A stretch of DNA of 64,000 bases from NCBI GenBank assembly GCA_951406725.2, contig OX597821.1, positions 54,188,001-54,252,000 of the forward strand. The letters are read 5' to 3'. How positions within the stretch are numbered: position 1 is the first letter of the stretch; each line of letters starts with the position of its first letter. The notes beneath the pieces were generated by a model, which worked only from the letters and a program-made list of their open reading frames with translations, made no database searches and was not told the DNA's origin. The translations under genes were made by a program, and so were the position numbers. Origin of the DNA: Octopus vulgaris (lineage: Eukaryota). Shown here in pieces: positions 13,620 to 27,600 of the stretch.

Positions 13620-14260
13620 GGATGACAGTCAAGCACAGGCTTGACTGTCATCACAGTTGCCAGAACAAGATGGTCTAGGGTTAGGAATATAGTTATTTTT
13701 TGACCAGACCCAATAATGGTGAAAGGAAGTCCATAAGAGGATACAGAGAGAGAATGTATGACATCTGGATGGAGACTTAGAGCTTAGATGTTACAGAACA
13801 CAGAATGTGTGACCAAGCAAATATAATAAGGAAGAATGGATGGTTAACAACATTTGAGCTTGAGATTAAAAAAGAGAGAATTGAAAGCACAATGAGTGAA
13901 GATGAAGTGGCTAGAGAGAAAGTTGACAAGGCTGTATGGATGAAGATGTTCAGGAGAATGATGCTAGCTTTTGAGAATATAGAGTAACTGAGTGATGAAG
14001 ACAGAAGAATAATCAAGCACATCATTGGTAACACTGAGAAAAGTCTGGATGTGAAGGTAAATGGACTTAAGAAAGGGGATAGAATTTTGTTTAGGAGTAG
14101 AGTTGGAATGTGAACAAAGTACTGAAAGAAGTTAAGATGGACAATATAAATGGAATAAAAAGATAGAGCTCATGTCATTTACATATGAAGGAAAGTAGGT
14201 CATAAACAAAACCATAAAAGAGGAAACATGACAAAAGAGCCTTGGCGGTAAAGCAGAATA
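13620..14260 (+). mobile_element. Probable N-terminal fragment of R4-type LINE
   Basis: CDQANIIRKNGWLTTFELEIK resembles the N-terminal domain of these elements. Confidence 0.5.
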
Positions 14261-14295
14261 AAGTAATCTATGAACAAAATTAGAAAACATATCAA

Positions 14296-14313
14296 CATTA
14301 TAATAATTATTAC

Positions 14314-14394
<81 letters not shown>

Positions 14395-14465
14395 TATTAT
14401 TATTATCAATATTATTATTATTATTATCATTATTATTATTATTATTATCATTATTATTATTATCA

Positions 14466-14517
<52 letters not shown>

Positions 14518-14546
14518 CATTATTATCATTATAATTATTATTATTA
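14296..14546. repeat. (ATT/ATC)n microsatellite
   Basis: Read directly; source of the poly-I and poly-N ORFs. Confidence 0.95.
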
Positions 14547-16120
14547 CTGGAACAGTGTAGTGGCCAAAAGGACAATGCCTTTTTCTAAATATAATTCTTT
14601 ACATGTTTCTTTCCGTACTGCTTTCTAACTGAATTACCCTGGTTCTTACCACCACCTTTTGGAATGAAACTGTGTTTACATAGCAAATCAAACAAATTCT
14701 AGACTGAGATCGTATAAGTACGCAAAATCTACATATGCTACATATTTGCCTTGTCTCTGATCTTACTTACTCTGAGTATTTTAGCTGACTTGGTAGAAAC
14801 TCAGAAATATAAAGCAGTGTCTAGTGTTTTATTTAATAAGACAGTTTGTTGACAGTTGAAAGAAAGTTATATGTCTACACTGTTAATTATTCGTTATCTA
14901 GCAACATGACAAAAATTAATTTGCAGATATCTAGCCAATAATGAAGAAGGAAACTGAAACTAAAAAAGTAAAATTTTCTGAAAAGAATATGAGAAAATAG
15001 AAAATAGCTTTTTTGTGTTCATTCACGCACATAGCTACTTTTTCACCTCCTTATTGAAGGTTTCTGACAGAAGATAAACATGATAAATCTGAGTCAGTCT
15101 TACCAATATAAACAGATTCTTACTTTCATTTGCTCATTTTTAAATAGTCTTATTTATTTTTGTATAATTTAGCAGACGTATTCATTACTGAATATACTGA
15201 AAAGATAAACAATTTAAAAACACACACACTTGAAGGAAAGAAAACGAATATTTACTAAGATGTACGTAAGCTTTTCATACAAAAAAACAGAGTTTCTATA
15301 ATAACTAATTTTGTAGAATTTGCTGAGATTGATGACACTTCTTACTATGAAATTTGTCTTTATATTCTTCCAGGAACAAAAGAAAGAAAAGGAATGAATC
15401 TGTTTTAAGTAACCTAGCTATTCATTCTCAATGCTTTTTAGCAGATTTGAATGTGAATATACAGATTGCTGTTGTTTTTCAACATTAGATAACATGGATG
15501 AATTCCATGTGTTATGAATACATTGTCTTAAAGAAGGAGATGTTCTATGGTTATGATAAACCTCAGCAATTGATATATTCATGCATGAATCTACCAGAGT
15601 GCATTGAGAATGAATAGATACATTATTGTTTGAATTTTCACTTTCCTGTATGCACCTCATGAATTGTAAACAGTTTACATTGTTTGGAACAAATTTGTAG
15701 TTAAAGAAATGCCTGGAAAGGATTACTAGTAGATGCAACAATATGTCATCAACGATTCAGCAAGGAAAACTGTTAAAGGAAGAAAGACAGTTACAACACT
15801 AATGAACAGAAGCAGTGCTGTTGTTTGTTCATAGCATGTTTTATTCTCTGTCACATTAATTTAGTTAATAAATGCGCATTCCAAAATTAATGTTGTGATA
15901 TGCAAATTAACAAAAGCAGTAAATGTTAGTTGTATTTTTCAAAAGTCCTTATAAATTATGTAGTAGTCAGAGTGATGTCCTCATCTCGGTTGGACATCAA
16001 ACAAGATATGGACAGCACTTCGACTGCTACATAATATTATAATTCTTCAACTTAGAAATACAGAATTGTACTCATAAACTGTTCCCTTTCTCTCTCATTC
16101 ATTTTCTCCATCTTTTTCTG

Positions 16121-16157
<37 letters not shown>

Positions 16158-16714
16158 AGAATAGATGAAACACACCTGATGAGCTGATAATGACCAGATG
16201 AAAGCAGTCCAATAAATCTCCAATCTACTGAATAAACCATGGGAAATTACCATGAGGTTTATTTGCACAGTGAAGCTGAATGTACATCTATTGAATATAT
16301 TGATATAAATATTTTTACAAATTTACGTTTTAGAGCTAGATAATATAATTCAAGTAACAATTAGTGATAATTAAAATGTTGTTGCTCAACCTGCTACAAA
16401 TAACAAAATTCTCTCAAACAACAACCTTCTATTCTAGACAGTCATGGCCATCACATGACCTGCATTAACCAATGTATCTTTGTTTTTGTCTGTTTTGTTT
16501 TTTTATTTAGATGGAACTTTTTAATTTTCTTTCCACCAACAGAATTTTTTCAAATTTTCTACACAGATGTAGCTTTGCATACTGATGACAGAAATCACAA
16601 TCATTTTGTCTAGAAATTAGTAATAAAGCAGTTACAAGCTTTTATATTTATGTCATTTTAGCTCATTGGGAACTTCCTTTGCTGACAAACTTGAAACCAA
16701 AACAAAATGGTTTA

Positions 16715-16777
16715 ATGAAATTTAGATATATATTATTTCTAGTATTCTGGTATTTTGAGCTACATAAAGCTGTTGGG
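16715..16777 (+). CDS. Candidate exon 1 of small secreted-type protein (MKFRYILFLVFWYFELHKAVG)
   Basis: ATG, basic then hydrophobic N-terminus ending A-V-G, and a phase-0 donor GGG|GTAAAC. Confidence 0.3.
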
Positions 16778-17028
16778 GTAAACTAATGATGAATTGAAAT
16801 AGAATGCACTAAGAAAAATAGTGTATTCTAATTTTTACAATACATATATATATATATATATATATAAATAACTTATATTAAATTACTACTTTATATAACT
16901 TACATATCATCATCATCATCATCATCATTTAATGTCCGCTGTCCATGCTGGCATGGGTTCGGCAGTTTGACCCGGGCTGGTAAGCTAGAAGGCTGCACCA
17001 GAAGATATATAACTGCTTTATTCTTCAG

Positions 17029-17166
17029 AATAAAACTACTTTTTTTGAGACTTCATTATCAAGAGTTTCGAATTTTAATGTGGACAAAATTCCACCAGAT
17101 GGTACTAAGTTTCCCATTCTTTACATAGAGGTTCCTTCTTTGGAACTGGTAGAAATTATTAAAAAC
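17029..17166 (+). CDS. Candidate exon 2 (NKTTFFETSLSRVSNFNVDKIPPDGTKFPILYIEVPSLELVEIIKN)
   Basis: Acceptor ttattcttcag, 138 nt open in phase 0-0 within AT-rich unique DNA, donor AAC|GTTAGT. Confidence 0.4.
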
Positions 17167-17394
17167 GTTAGTTAATGCTAAAGTTGAAAATGTGAAAATT
17201 TTAGCAAGCAGTTAATTTAGCTAAATCCAACAAATAGTGCTTGATTAATATGACTTAACAAATTAAGAAAATAATTTTAACCTGCCCCTTCCAAAATAAG
17301 TTATTTAAATACAATAATTAGCACACACACACATACATGTATCATCAATAGTTCATATATCCAATGAAAAAGCACTAGAGTAGTAATATACTTT

Positions 17395-17533
17395 TTAGGA
17401 AGTTCAAAGTTATGGCCAGTCATAGACTGTCCATTGGTTTTGCACCTATAAAGCATTTAATATTGCAGGTGATGCTTTATAGGTGTGAAACCAGTGGTCA
17501 CTTTATGACTAGCCATGACTTTTAACTTCCTAA
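17395..17533. repeat. Imperfect inverted repeat with decayed HHR-like 3' half
   Basis: Arms 17395-17456 and 17472-17533; contains GAAA ccagtgg TC. Confidence 0.7.
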
Positions 17534-17813
17534 TATATATATATATAATATGAGGGAATATTATTCCAAACTTACAGGGACAAATTCTATTTAGAAATAC
17601 TAAATCAAATTTCACAAAATATAATATATATATATATATATAAATTAGAAAAAGACCACCTTTTATCAATTCAATAATGAAAAAATGAAATTATACCATT
17701 TAGAAAAATTACATCTTATAGAAATATTAAATATAAGATAAAACATATAACAATGATTAAGTAATGTGCAAAATAATAAATAAAATGTATATACTTGGTA
17801 GAATAATGACACG

Positions 17814-17850
<37 letters not shown>

Positions 17851-17951
17851 AACAAACTGATGAAAAGAAATCCTTCAAAGTGATGTGTAAAACATCCAAT
17901 TCACTGGTACTTCAGTTGGATACCATATAAATATTGGTATAATTTAATAAT

Positions 17952-18034
17952 AAAGATAAATCTTGTCTGAAAGGACAGCTGGATTGTAAACATTTTTACA
18001 ATCCAGCTGTCTTTTCAGACAGGAATTTGTCTTT
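17952..18034. repeat. Near-perfect hairpin/palindrome
   Basis: gtctgaaaggacagctggattgtaaa / ttttacaatccagctgtcttttcagac with a 3-4 nt loop. Confidence 0.85.
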
Positions 18035-18261
18035 CTGAACCAAGAACCCTGAAGGGACTTCTATATAATGAAACTGTGATTATGTATATCAGAAAAAATA
18101 TATATAAGTTAAAACAATATGTTGGCCTTTTACAGTTTTTATAATTATTTATATAATATTATGTTATTTTATATATTATATTTATAGTATTTAATGTAAT
18201 ATTGTAATATATACAAATTATTGGATTGTCAATACAATAGCTCTATATTTAATTTCTCTTT

Positions 18262-18715
18262 AAGCACTTTATTTCACGTTGCTCCAGTTCACTCAGCTGT
18301 AGAAATGAGTTGCGACGTCACTGGTGCTAAGCTGTATCGACCTTTGTCTTTCCCTTGGATAACACTGGTGGCGTGGAGAGGGGAGGCCGGTATGCATGGG
18401 CGACTGCTGGTCTTCCATAAAAACAACCTTGCCCAGACTTGTGCCTCAGAGGGTAACTCTCTAGGTGCAAACCCATGGTCACTCATGACCGAAGGGAGTC
18501 TTTACACCTTTATATATAAATGTAAGCTGGTGGCATGTAAAAAGCACCCACTACACTCTCGGTGTGGTTGGCATTAGGAAGGGCATCCAGCTGTAGGAAC
18601 TCTGCCAGATCAAGATTGGAACCTGGTGCAGCTATCTGGTTCGCCAGCCCTCAGTCAAAATCGTCCAACCTATGCTAGCATGGAAAGCGGACGTTAAACG
18701 ATGATGATGATGATG
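18262..18715 (+). mobile_element. Headless CORE-like SINE (family C) followed by RTE-derived tail repeat
   Basis: 18262-18510 is nearly identical to the reverse complement of about 61835-62080. The tail gcattaggaagggcatccagc...gacgttaaacgatgatg also occurs at 24180 and 61535. Confidence 0.8.
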
Positions 18716-19254
18716 TATACATACATGCATACATACATACACACACACGCACACATATTATTGAAACTCCACTTCTTTATTGTTTTAATTAAAATAATCA
18801 CATATTTCAATTACAACTAAAAAAAATAGAGTTTTGGAAAATTTTCTGTAAATTTATTGATACATGGCTATAAACAATTCATATACTCTAAAAAACATGA
18901 CAAAAAGATAACCTGTCCTAATATTTAAATCCCAGAAGGATTAGCATCAACATTTTATAATGTTCTTTTATGCTGTGACAATTTGATTAAAGATTTGTAG
19001 GTATTTTTATTTCTTCAAAATATTTTTAGTTATATGCCTTTAAAATTTACATATTTTGAACATTTGAGGTAAAATATAACTAAAATTAAATATACAAAAT
19101 ATTTGTAAGTGAGAAAAAAATTTCTTAAGAAATATGTAATTTTTAAATTGCAGATATAAACATTTGTATGTATTATAAAAATTAGATCTATGTAGAGGAA
19201 TAAATGTCCCTGAAATCTAATATTTTACAAGTATTTACACATGTGTAGGTATAT

Positions 19255-20292
<1,038 letters not shown>

Positions 20293-21011
20293 AGAATATC
20301 AGAATATTAATGAAGATAAAACTCCAGTATATAATACAACGGTTTTTTGGCTTGTATATGAGCTAAAGATTTATAAAATTTGATATAAAATAAAAATTTC
20401 AGATATTTGTCTTAAACATTCAAACAAACAAATTCATAATTCACATGTATGACATGAGATATTATTTCATTCAAATAACCACATATTTATTTTAAAACAT
20501 AGATGATAAAAACATAGAAATATAAGAATATAAAGATAAAAAAACATTAAAAAATATAATATAAACATAGAAAGCATTAAAAATATAAGAATGTAAACAT
20601 AAAAAAATATATATAAGAAGTACCATGAATGGAGGTGACTGAAAGGATCAGTCTAAACCTACAGCTGTTTCAGAAAAGTCTTAAGACAAAGAACATGCTG
20701 TCTCCACTCCAGCATAGAAGTTGTCTATCTCCTTAACTTCTTGGAGATTTTAGGTATAATTATACTAATATGTCCATCTGTTCTAATTTAATTAAACTCT
20801 ATGTCTTTGTGCAGCTGAGGATTGCTCTGCATTTTAAATTGATGTAATGAATGCATTGTTCAATTAAATGGAGTTGCATGAAGCGATCCTACTGCATTAC
20901 ATCTGGATATCCTTGTTGCTTACTTTGATTTTAATCACCTTACTTTGAAATTGTATGGGTAATACCATACTAAATTCTGGTGCCTCAACTTAAGTACCAT
21001 ATTTATCTGAA

Positions 21012-21061
<50 letters not shown>

Positions 21062-21185
21062 CATACATATATACATATATACATAGATATATATACATGT
21101 GTACATATATATATATAAATATATATACATATATATATATAAAAACACATGCACACATATATATACACATGTATATATGTATGTA

Positions 21186-21251
<66 letters not shown>

Positions 21252-21285
21252 TTTATGAAAGAATGGAGTTGAACGACTTGTTAAC

Positions 21286-21390
21286 AAATTTCCTTTATTT
21301 TCGACATATGTTTCGAAGGCTGCATATTCCTAATTCCGAATGAATAAGGAATACATTATGCAGATTTCTCATCAGGAAAGGCAAGGAACT
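21286..21390 (-). ncRNA. Type I hammerhead ribozyme, intact core
   Basis: Minus strand reads ttcctt gcc tttc CTGATGA [54-nt helix II] GAAA catatg TC^ gaaa ata aaggaa. Predicted GUC cleavage between 21303 and 21302. Confidence 0.82.
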
Positions 21391-21608
21391 TATGTCGACA
21401 TCAAAATGCACAAAAAACTTTTAGCTGACTGCTCTCAAGAAGCCCATGGCGATAATGAGTGTCTGTTTATAAGGAGTGACGTCAGAGAAAGCACGTAGTC
21501 TATGCCCTAGGGACGTAACTTCAACTGTGTTCTTTCTGATGTGAATTTGCTACCCAGGTATCGGTTATCTTTCGAATTATCATTAATAAGATAATTCATT
21601 CAACTACT

Positions 21609-21669
<61 letters not shown>

Positions 21670-22064
21670 GTATACATTCGTAGGTATGCATATAAATGTA
21701 CATATGTGTTTCTATATGTATGTCTGTGATATTTAAGATATTTATTTATGATTGTATTATTGAAGAAATGAATGTTTAAAAGAACACATATAGCAGTAAA
21801 ATGACAAATTCAGACACCAGTTTACGAAATTGTCTCCAAGAATTTTCTCAGTGATGAAAGCAAAAATATAAAACTAGAAAATAGGAAACTTGAGTAAACT
21901 CTTCTTTCAAAGAGCAATTTGCATGCTTAGTTATATGAAGATTTTAACCAACTTAATGCAAAAAGTAGGTATGACTTTTTATTGACTGACATAGATCATT
22001 CAAATTGCACATACTGGTAGCATATCTTTTCCTCTATCTTTCTTCTTGATCTTTTTCATTGCAG

Positions 22065-22082
22065 GCAAATAATGGATTCTAA
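22065..22082 (+). CDS. Candidate terminal exon (ANNGF*) of the small plus-strand gene
   Basis: Long polypyrimidine tract plus tgcag acceptor, phase 0, AATAAA at 22151. An alternative terminal exon is 24594-24701. Confidence 0.25.
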   Translation, partial: ANNGF

Positions 22083-22249
22083 GCAGAAGCAGCATACTGT
22101 CATAGATTCAATGGTTTTAAGTTTCATGCCAATGCACTTGTCAAACTTATAATAAATCTGCATATTGCAAAATTTGTCTCCTGTCATACAACTTCCAATT
22201 TGGTTCTCAGTTTCTATCTCTCTTTTTCTCCCCATTTTCTTGTATGTAT

Positions 22250-22296
<47 letters not shown>

Positions 22297-22639
22297 AACA
22301 TGCACACACATACACACACATATATGTAAGTATGACTACAGTATTTGTCTCACTGTCTCGTTTTCTCTTTCTTCTCTTTTACCAAGCAGCTTTCATTCCT
22401 CAATGTCTTCATTAAAAAACATCTTGTTAACTTATTAAGATACCATTGTAAAAAATCTAGTATTTACAAAGATGTAAATTATGAATGTGAGACATAAACA
22501 AAAATATAAATCTGAATTATAAATGCCTCTTCAGAAAACTTACAAGCAAATATTCGCTTAATTTTTGTTTGATTACTTTTTGTATTAGGTAACTTTTTAA
22601 AATGCGAAATGTCATCCATTTATCTATGTACATGTCTGT

Positions 22640-23115
22640 CTATTTTTCCTTCTTTCTTTTTCACTCTCTATTTCTATTTGTTTTTCCTTCTCTTTCTTTT
22701 TTGTTTTTTTGTTCTCTTTTTCTCTTTCTTTTTTTCTTCTTCATTTCTCTTCCATTCTTTCCTTTTTTATTGTTTCTATTTTCTTTTTCTTTTTTCTGTA
22801 GCTACCTCTTTTCAGTCTGTCTGTCTTTGTCTTTCATTCAGCAATATTTCTTTCTCACTCTCTATTTTTCTATTTTCTCTCTTCTCTCTTTTTCTTCCTT
22901 CTTTCCTTCTCTCTTCCTGTCTTCTTTCCTACTCTCTTTCTTTTTCTGATCCCCCTTTCACTCTTTCTCAATCTCTCTTTCTTTCACACTCTTTCATTCT
23001 TTCTTTCTTTCTATCCTCCTTTCTTTCTCTCACAATCTCTATTCCTCTCTCTGCCTCTCTCATTATTTTTTCACATTCTCTCTCTTTTCTTCTATCCCTT
23101 CTTTCTTTTTTCACA
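22640..23115. repeat. CT-rich low-complexity tract
   Basis: Read directly from the sequence. Confidence 0.9.
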
Positions 23116-23376
23116 ATACATAAATAATCCACATTCACAGACACTATCTGTGTATCTTAGTTCCATTATTTCAGAAAAATAATTGACTAATTAATTTCGT
23201 ACATCTATTTTCAAGAAATCACTTACCAACATTTCCATAAAAGCACATAGAAATAAAATTACTGATGTCAATAAAGGATGTACTTTGCTGATTCCCTGAA
23301 CCAACCTCTAATCATTTGATAAAGATTTGTTCTTTAAGTTGGCACCAATACCAGATCAGCATTCTCTATGTATGTC

Positions 23377-23592
23377 ATTAACCTTTTAGCATTCAGATTC
23401 CTCTATCAAATATATTACTTATTTATTCACATTGTTTTGAATCAATCATGACTTATCTCATAGCCTAGAGATTTTGATGAGATGATTGCTTATTTTCAAA
23501 ATAATATTATAGAGTAGATGTAAGAGGCCAGATCTGACCAGTTTGAACTTAAAACAAGTTGAATATCTAGACTGGATATAGCTAAAAGGTTA
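23377..23592. mobile_element. piggyBac-type MITE
   Basis: TIR taaccttttagc / gctaaaaggtta with TTAA at the left end. Related sequence appears in the opposite orientation near 56680-56760. Confidence 0.55.
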
Positions 23593-24069
23593 CACAAATA
23601 CGAAAGGAAAGCTTATCAAAATGTGGATTTTATTTGCTAAGGTGTTCACTCAGGGTCAATTACGTGTTCTGCATGTGAAGATTATTTGCTGATCAAAATA
23701 AACTGACCATAGACATCACCATCAGGAAAAAGTTTCATTCACAAAATCCATTGCCTGTACTGACATTGTTTGATTGTCAAAATTTCCCGTTTAACAATTA
23801 TCACTTTCATACAAACAGTGTTATTCATTTCCAATAATCTGAAAAAATATATTGGCCACAAGAAAATATTATCCTGCTTGGAAACAAGTGAAAGTTGACA
23901 ACACACAACCCTAGAAAATCTGCCTCTATCAACTGCATCTGAGTCATGCAACCATGAAACATTGGATGTAAATAATAATTGAGATGACAATGGCGACATG
24001 TACAACAATGAAGTGTATAGTCATTTGATCTGCTAGAAGAAGAAGTCAAATTCTTTTCAGATTGACTGG

Positions 24070-24335
24070 CTTCTGTGCCAGTGGCATGTAAAAAGCACCA
24101 ACTGATCATGGCCATTGCCAGCCTTGCCTGTCACCTGTGCCGGTGGCACATAAAAAGCACCCACAACACTCATGGAGTGGTTGGTGTTAGGAAGGGCATC
24201 CAGCTGTAGAAACACTGCCAGATCAGACTGGAGCCTGGTGCAGCCTCCTGGCGTCCCAAACCCTAGTCAAACCGTTCAACCCATGCTAGCATGGAAAACG
24301 GACGTTAAACGATGATGATGAGGATGATGATGATT
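24070..24335 (+). mobile_element. RTE-derived 3' tail repeat
   Basis: Matches 61360-61665 and ends in (GAT)n. Confidence 0.8.
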
Positions 24336-24815
24336 TTTACCATCTTAAGCACAAAGACAAGTTGTATAATGTAGTCTTAGATGCACTATGTCTGCAGAGT
24401 GAATGGGATAATCCTGGTTTATTTTGTTTTGGGTTTGGCTAAAAGAAAAAACGCTTTGCTCATGACACTTTTCAGGTCCTTTGTAACAGGTTTAAGGAAG
24501 TGAAAATACTATCCTCAATCGAAAGACAGCATTGGTATTAAACTGACCAATGATCTACATTTATTGTCCCAAATGTGCCTTGCATGATAACAGCACAAAC
24601 AACAAATGCAAGAATATTGTTCCATGGAGAATAAATTAGAATTAATACAAGAATATGATTCATCTCTAAGAACATTCTCAGAATCCCTAAAAAGAAGATG
24701 AATGTAAAATATTCTCCTAAGTATATGAAATATCAATAGAGAAAAAATATATAACTTAAGTTTCAATAGATTTATAATAAAACATAAAGGACTGGATCAC
24801 AAACATGATCTTCAT

Positions 24816-24878
<63 letters not shown>

Positions 24879-24882
<4 letters not shown>

Positions 24883-26037
24883 GGCTGGACAAAATAATGT
24901 AAACATCATAGCATCATAATTTTGAAATATCTATAAAACTGTCAAAAGCTTGTTTATTTTTATGTTGTTTGATTTATTATAAGTGTTGCTTAATATGTTT
25001 TGCTAAAATTGCTGTTTCTTTTCAGATATCATCAGAAAAAGATAACTAAAACAGCCTAAATGCTTGGAGTATCAAGAAATACTGTCTTGAAAGTAATTAC
25101 AGCCTTCAAGAAAGAGGGAAAAACCCTCCTCATCAAAACAAAACTTCAGAAAGAAACCAAAACTTTCAGATAGGGACCACCAGACTCTTATGCGAATTGT
25201 TAGAAAGGATCACAAAAGTACAGCTCCCAAGATTACTGCAGAGCTTAATGACCACATTGAGAACCCAGTTTCCACAAAAACTGTTCCCCAGGTGCTGCAC
25301 AAAGCCAGATATCACGGGAGGGCTGCAATCAGAAAACCACTACTTTCAAAATCAAATGTTGCAAAGCGTTTAGAGTGAAGTAAAAACCTACAGAATTGGT
25401 ACCTAGTGCAGTGGAAGAATGTTATTTTCTCAGGCGAGTCATCCTTTACCTTATTTCCAACCACGAGCCAAGTATACATATGGAAACAGCCAAAAGAAGC
25501 ATTTGACCCAGACTGCTTTCTTCCAACTGTTAAACATGGAGGAAGATCTGGGGAGGGGGTCTATATCTTGGAAATCTGCCGGCCCTATGGTTTCCCTTCA
25601 TGGCAGAATTAATAGTCAAGACTATTTAAACATTTTATCTGATCAACTTCATCCTATGGTTGCAGAACTGTTTCTGGAGGGAAACACAATCTTTCAGGAT
25701 GATAATGCTCCAATTCACACAGCCAAAATTATTATTGAAAAGCAGGAGGAACATTGTAGTGAAATTGAACATCTTTTCGGGCCATCAAAATATTATTGAA
25801 CAATTATGGAGCATTTAAAAAAAAACGGATAAGCAGTTGATATCCTCCACCATCATCACTACAAGAACTGGAGACTTTTAGCTGAAGAATGAACAAAAAT
25901 TCCTTTGGAAACAATTCAAACTTTCTACAAGTCCATACCCTGTAGAATTGAAGCTGTAATTGATATGGGTCCTACCCCATATCAAAATAAATTTGATTGA
26001 AATCTTAAGGTGTTTCCATTATTTTGTCCAACCCCTG
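24879..26037 (+). mobile_element. Tc1-like DNA transposon with both TIRs, pseudogenised
   Basis: TIRs cagaggctggacaaaataatgtaaacatc / ggtgtttccattattttgtccaacccctg. Motifs KPLLS, VIFSGESSF, PTVKHGG, FQDDNAPIH and NIIEQLW. Confidence 0.92.
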
Positions 26038-26046
26038 TGTGTGTGT

Positions 26047-26101
<55 letters not shown>

Positions 26102-27249
26102 AAGACTTACAGAAACGCATATGCTAATCTTTTACATAGCCATATTTTACAAAATACATCTAATATATGAACATTCTGAGACATTAAACAAGTCCTTAAA
26201 TAACATATTTACACACACACACACATATACACACAAAGATGAGGACCAGTTTCCTTTCTTTTAATTTCTTCACTTCTAATTTCTTCATGAACAAACAATG
26301 CTGTTCTCACTTAAATTGTGAACATAATAAAACATTTATTTAATAAATTCTCACTGCTATATTAACTTTCTGAAACACCACATATGTGTACAGGCAATTA
26401 CAAACTTCTCTAGAATCTACATACATGCTATAGAATTCATACCATGTGTTGACATATTCCAACAGATTCTAAAATACACAAACTTATTTCCACAAAGTCA
26501 ATACAATTTTATAAATTTTTTCTTTAGCTCTTTCAAAATATTAAAAAATGTTTGAATGATTTATTTCTGTCCAACTTCTCAAGTATTTATCTTCATATTA
26601 GCTAAAACATAGAAAATAAAAATTCCAAAGAGTTTCATCATTCAATTTCCCTTTCAATGAAGACTACACGAACTTCATGTTAATTACCGGTGCCTTCTTT
26701 TACTATATATTCCATAAGTACTTGATCATATCAGCAGATCTTTATTTCTATATTAGGTTGTCATTGATTTTTTTAGAAATTTTTCAAAAGTATCTCCAGT
26801 AGAATTATTTCAATTTTTATTCACTTATTTATTTATTTTAGTATTGCCCGTCATTCAATTTACATTACTTCAAATGGACAGCACTTGATTTTACACCCCT
26901 CTCCACAAAAATCTCAAATTGAAAAGATTTCTTTTCCCGTATATTTTTGCTTCATTTTATTTTATTCTTTAAGATCTTTTTTTGGGGTAGGGGAGAATTT
27001 ATTAATTTATAAAGGAACTTTGCAAAACTAAGAGATTTTACTTCACTAAAACAAACAAATTTTTCCTTTGTCAGAACAAATAATAAGGAACTTTTTCAAG
27101 AGAAAAGCAAATGAAATGAAAACAAACACCAATTTATCAAATCTAAGAAAAATATGAAATAATGCACCAAAATGTTTATATGCTTTGGTATCTATCCACA
27201 CGCGCACACACACACATACTAACAGATAGGAACAATATTTTTCTGTGGC

Positions 27250-27600
27250 TGAAGACAACAATAATTATCAGGAACTGAAATATATTCTGGCTCTAAAGAA
27301 TAAAGTATATCGTCAAAATGTATTCTTAATTCTTAACTGTATGAAAAATATGCTTTTGTCAGGAGAGGTCCTCCTTGATGGTGAAACTCTTGGAACAATC
27401 TCAAGGGCCCTAATTGTATATTCATCATATTTAAAATAGTGTGAGTGCAATGGTGTTTTCTTGGTAGGTTTAGTGTTTACTGTTGAATGAGATAACATTG
27501 GCATAGCTCCAATGGAGTATGCTTCGTTGACTCTGCCTAGAACTGGTGCAAATTTAGTGTACGTCGACTAGTTTGCAACTGGATGATGCTTAATTAGAGA
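27250..27600 (-). mobile_element. Decayed CR1/L2-like LINE 3' fragment
   Basis: Frameshifted remnants resembling LxxLNLxSL, GPRLFNxLP and VPD. Confidence 0.4.

Noticed and set aside
27313-27570. Protein-like minus ORF STYTKFAP...KNTF
   Set aside because: Better explained as a frameshifted CR1/L2-like remnant.
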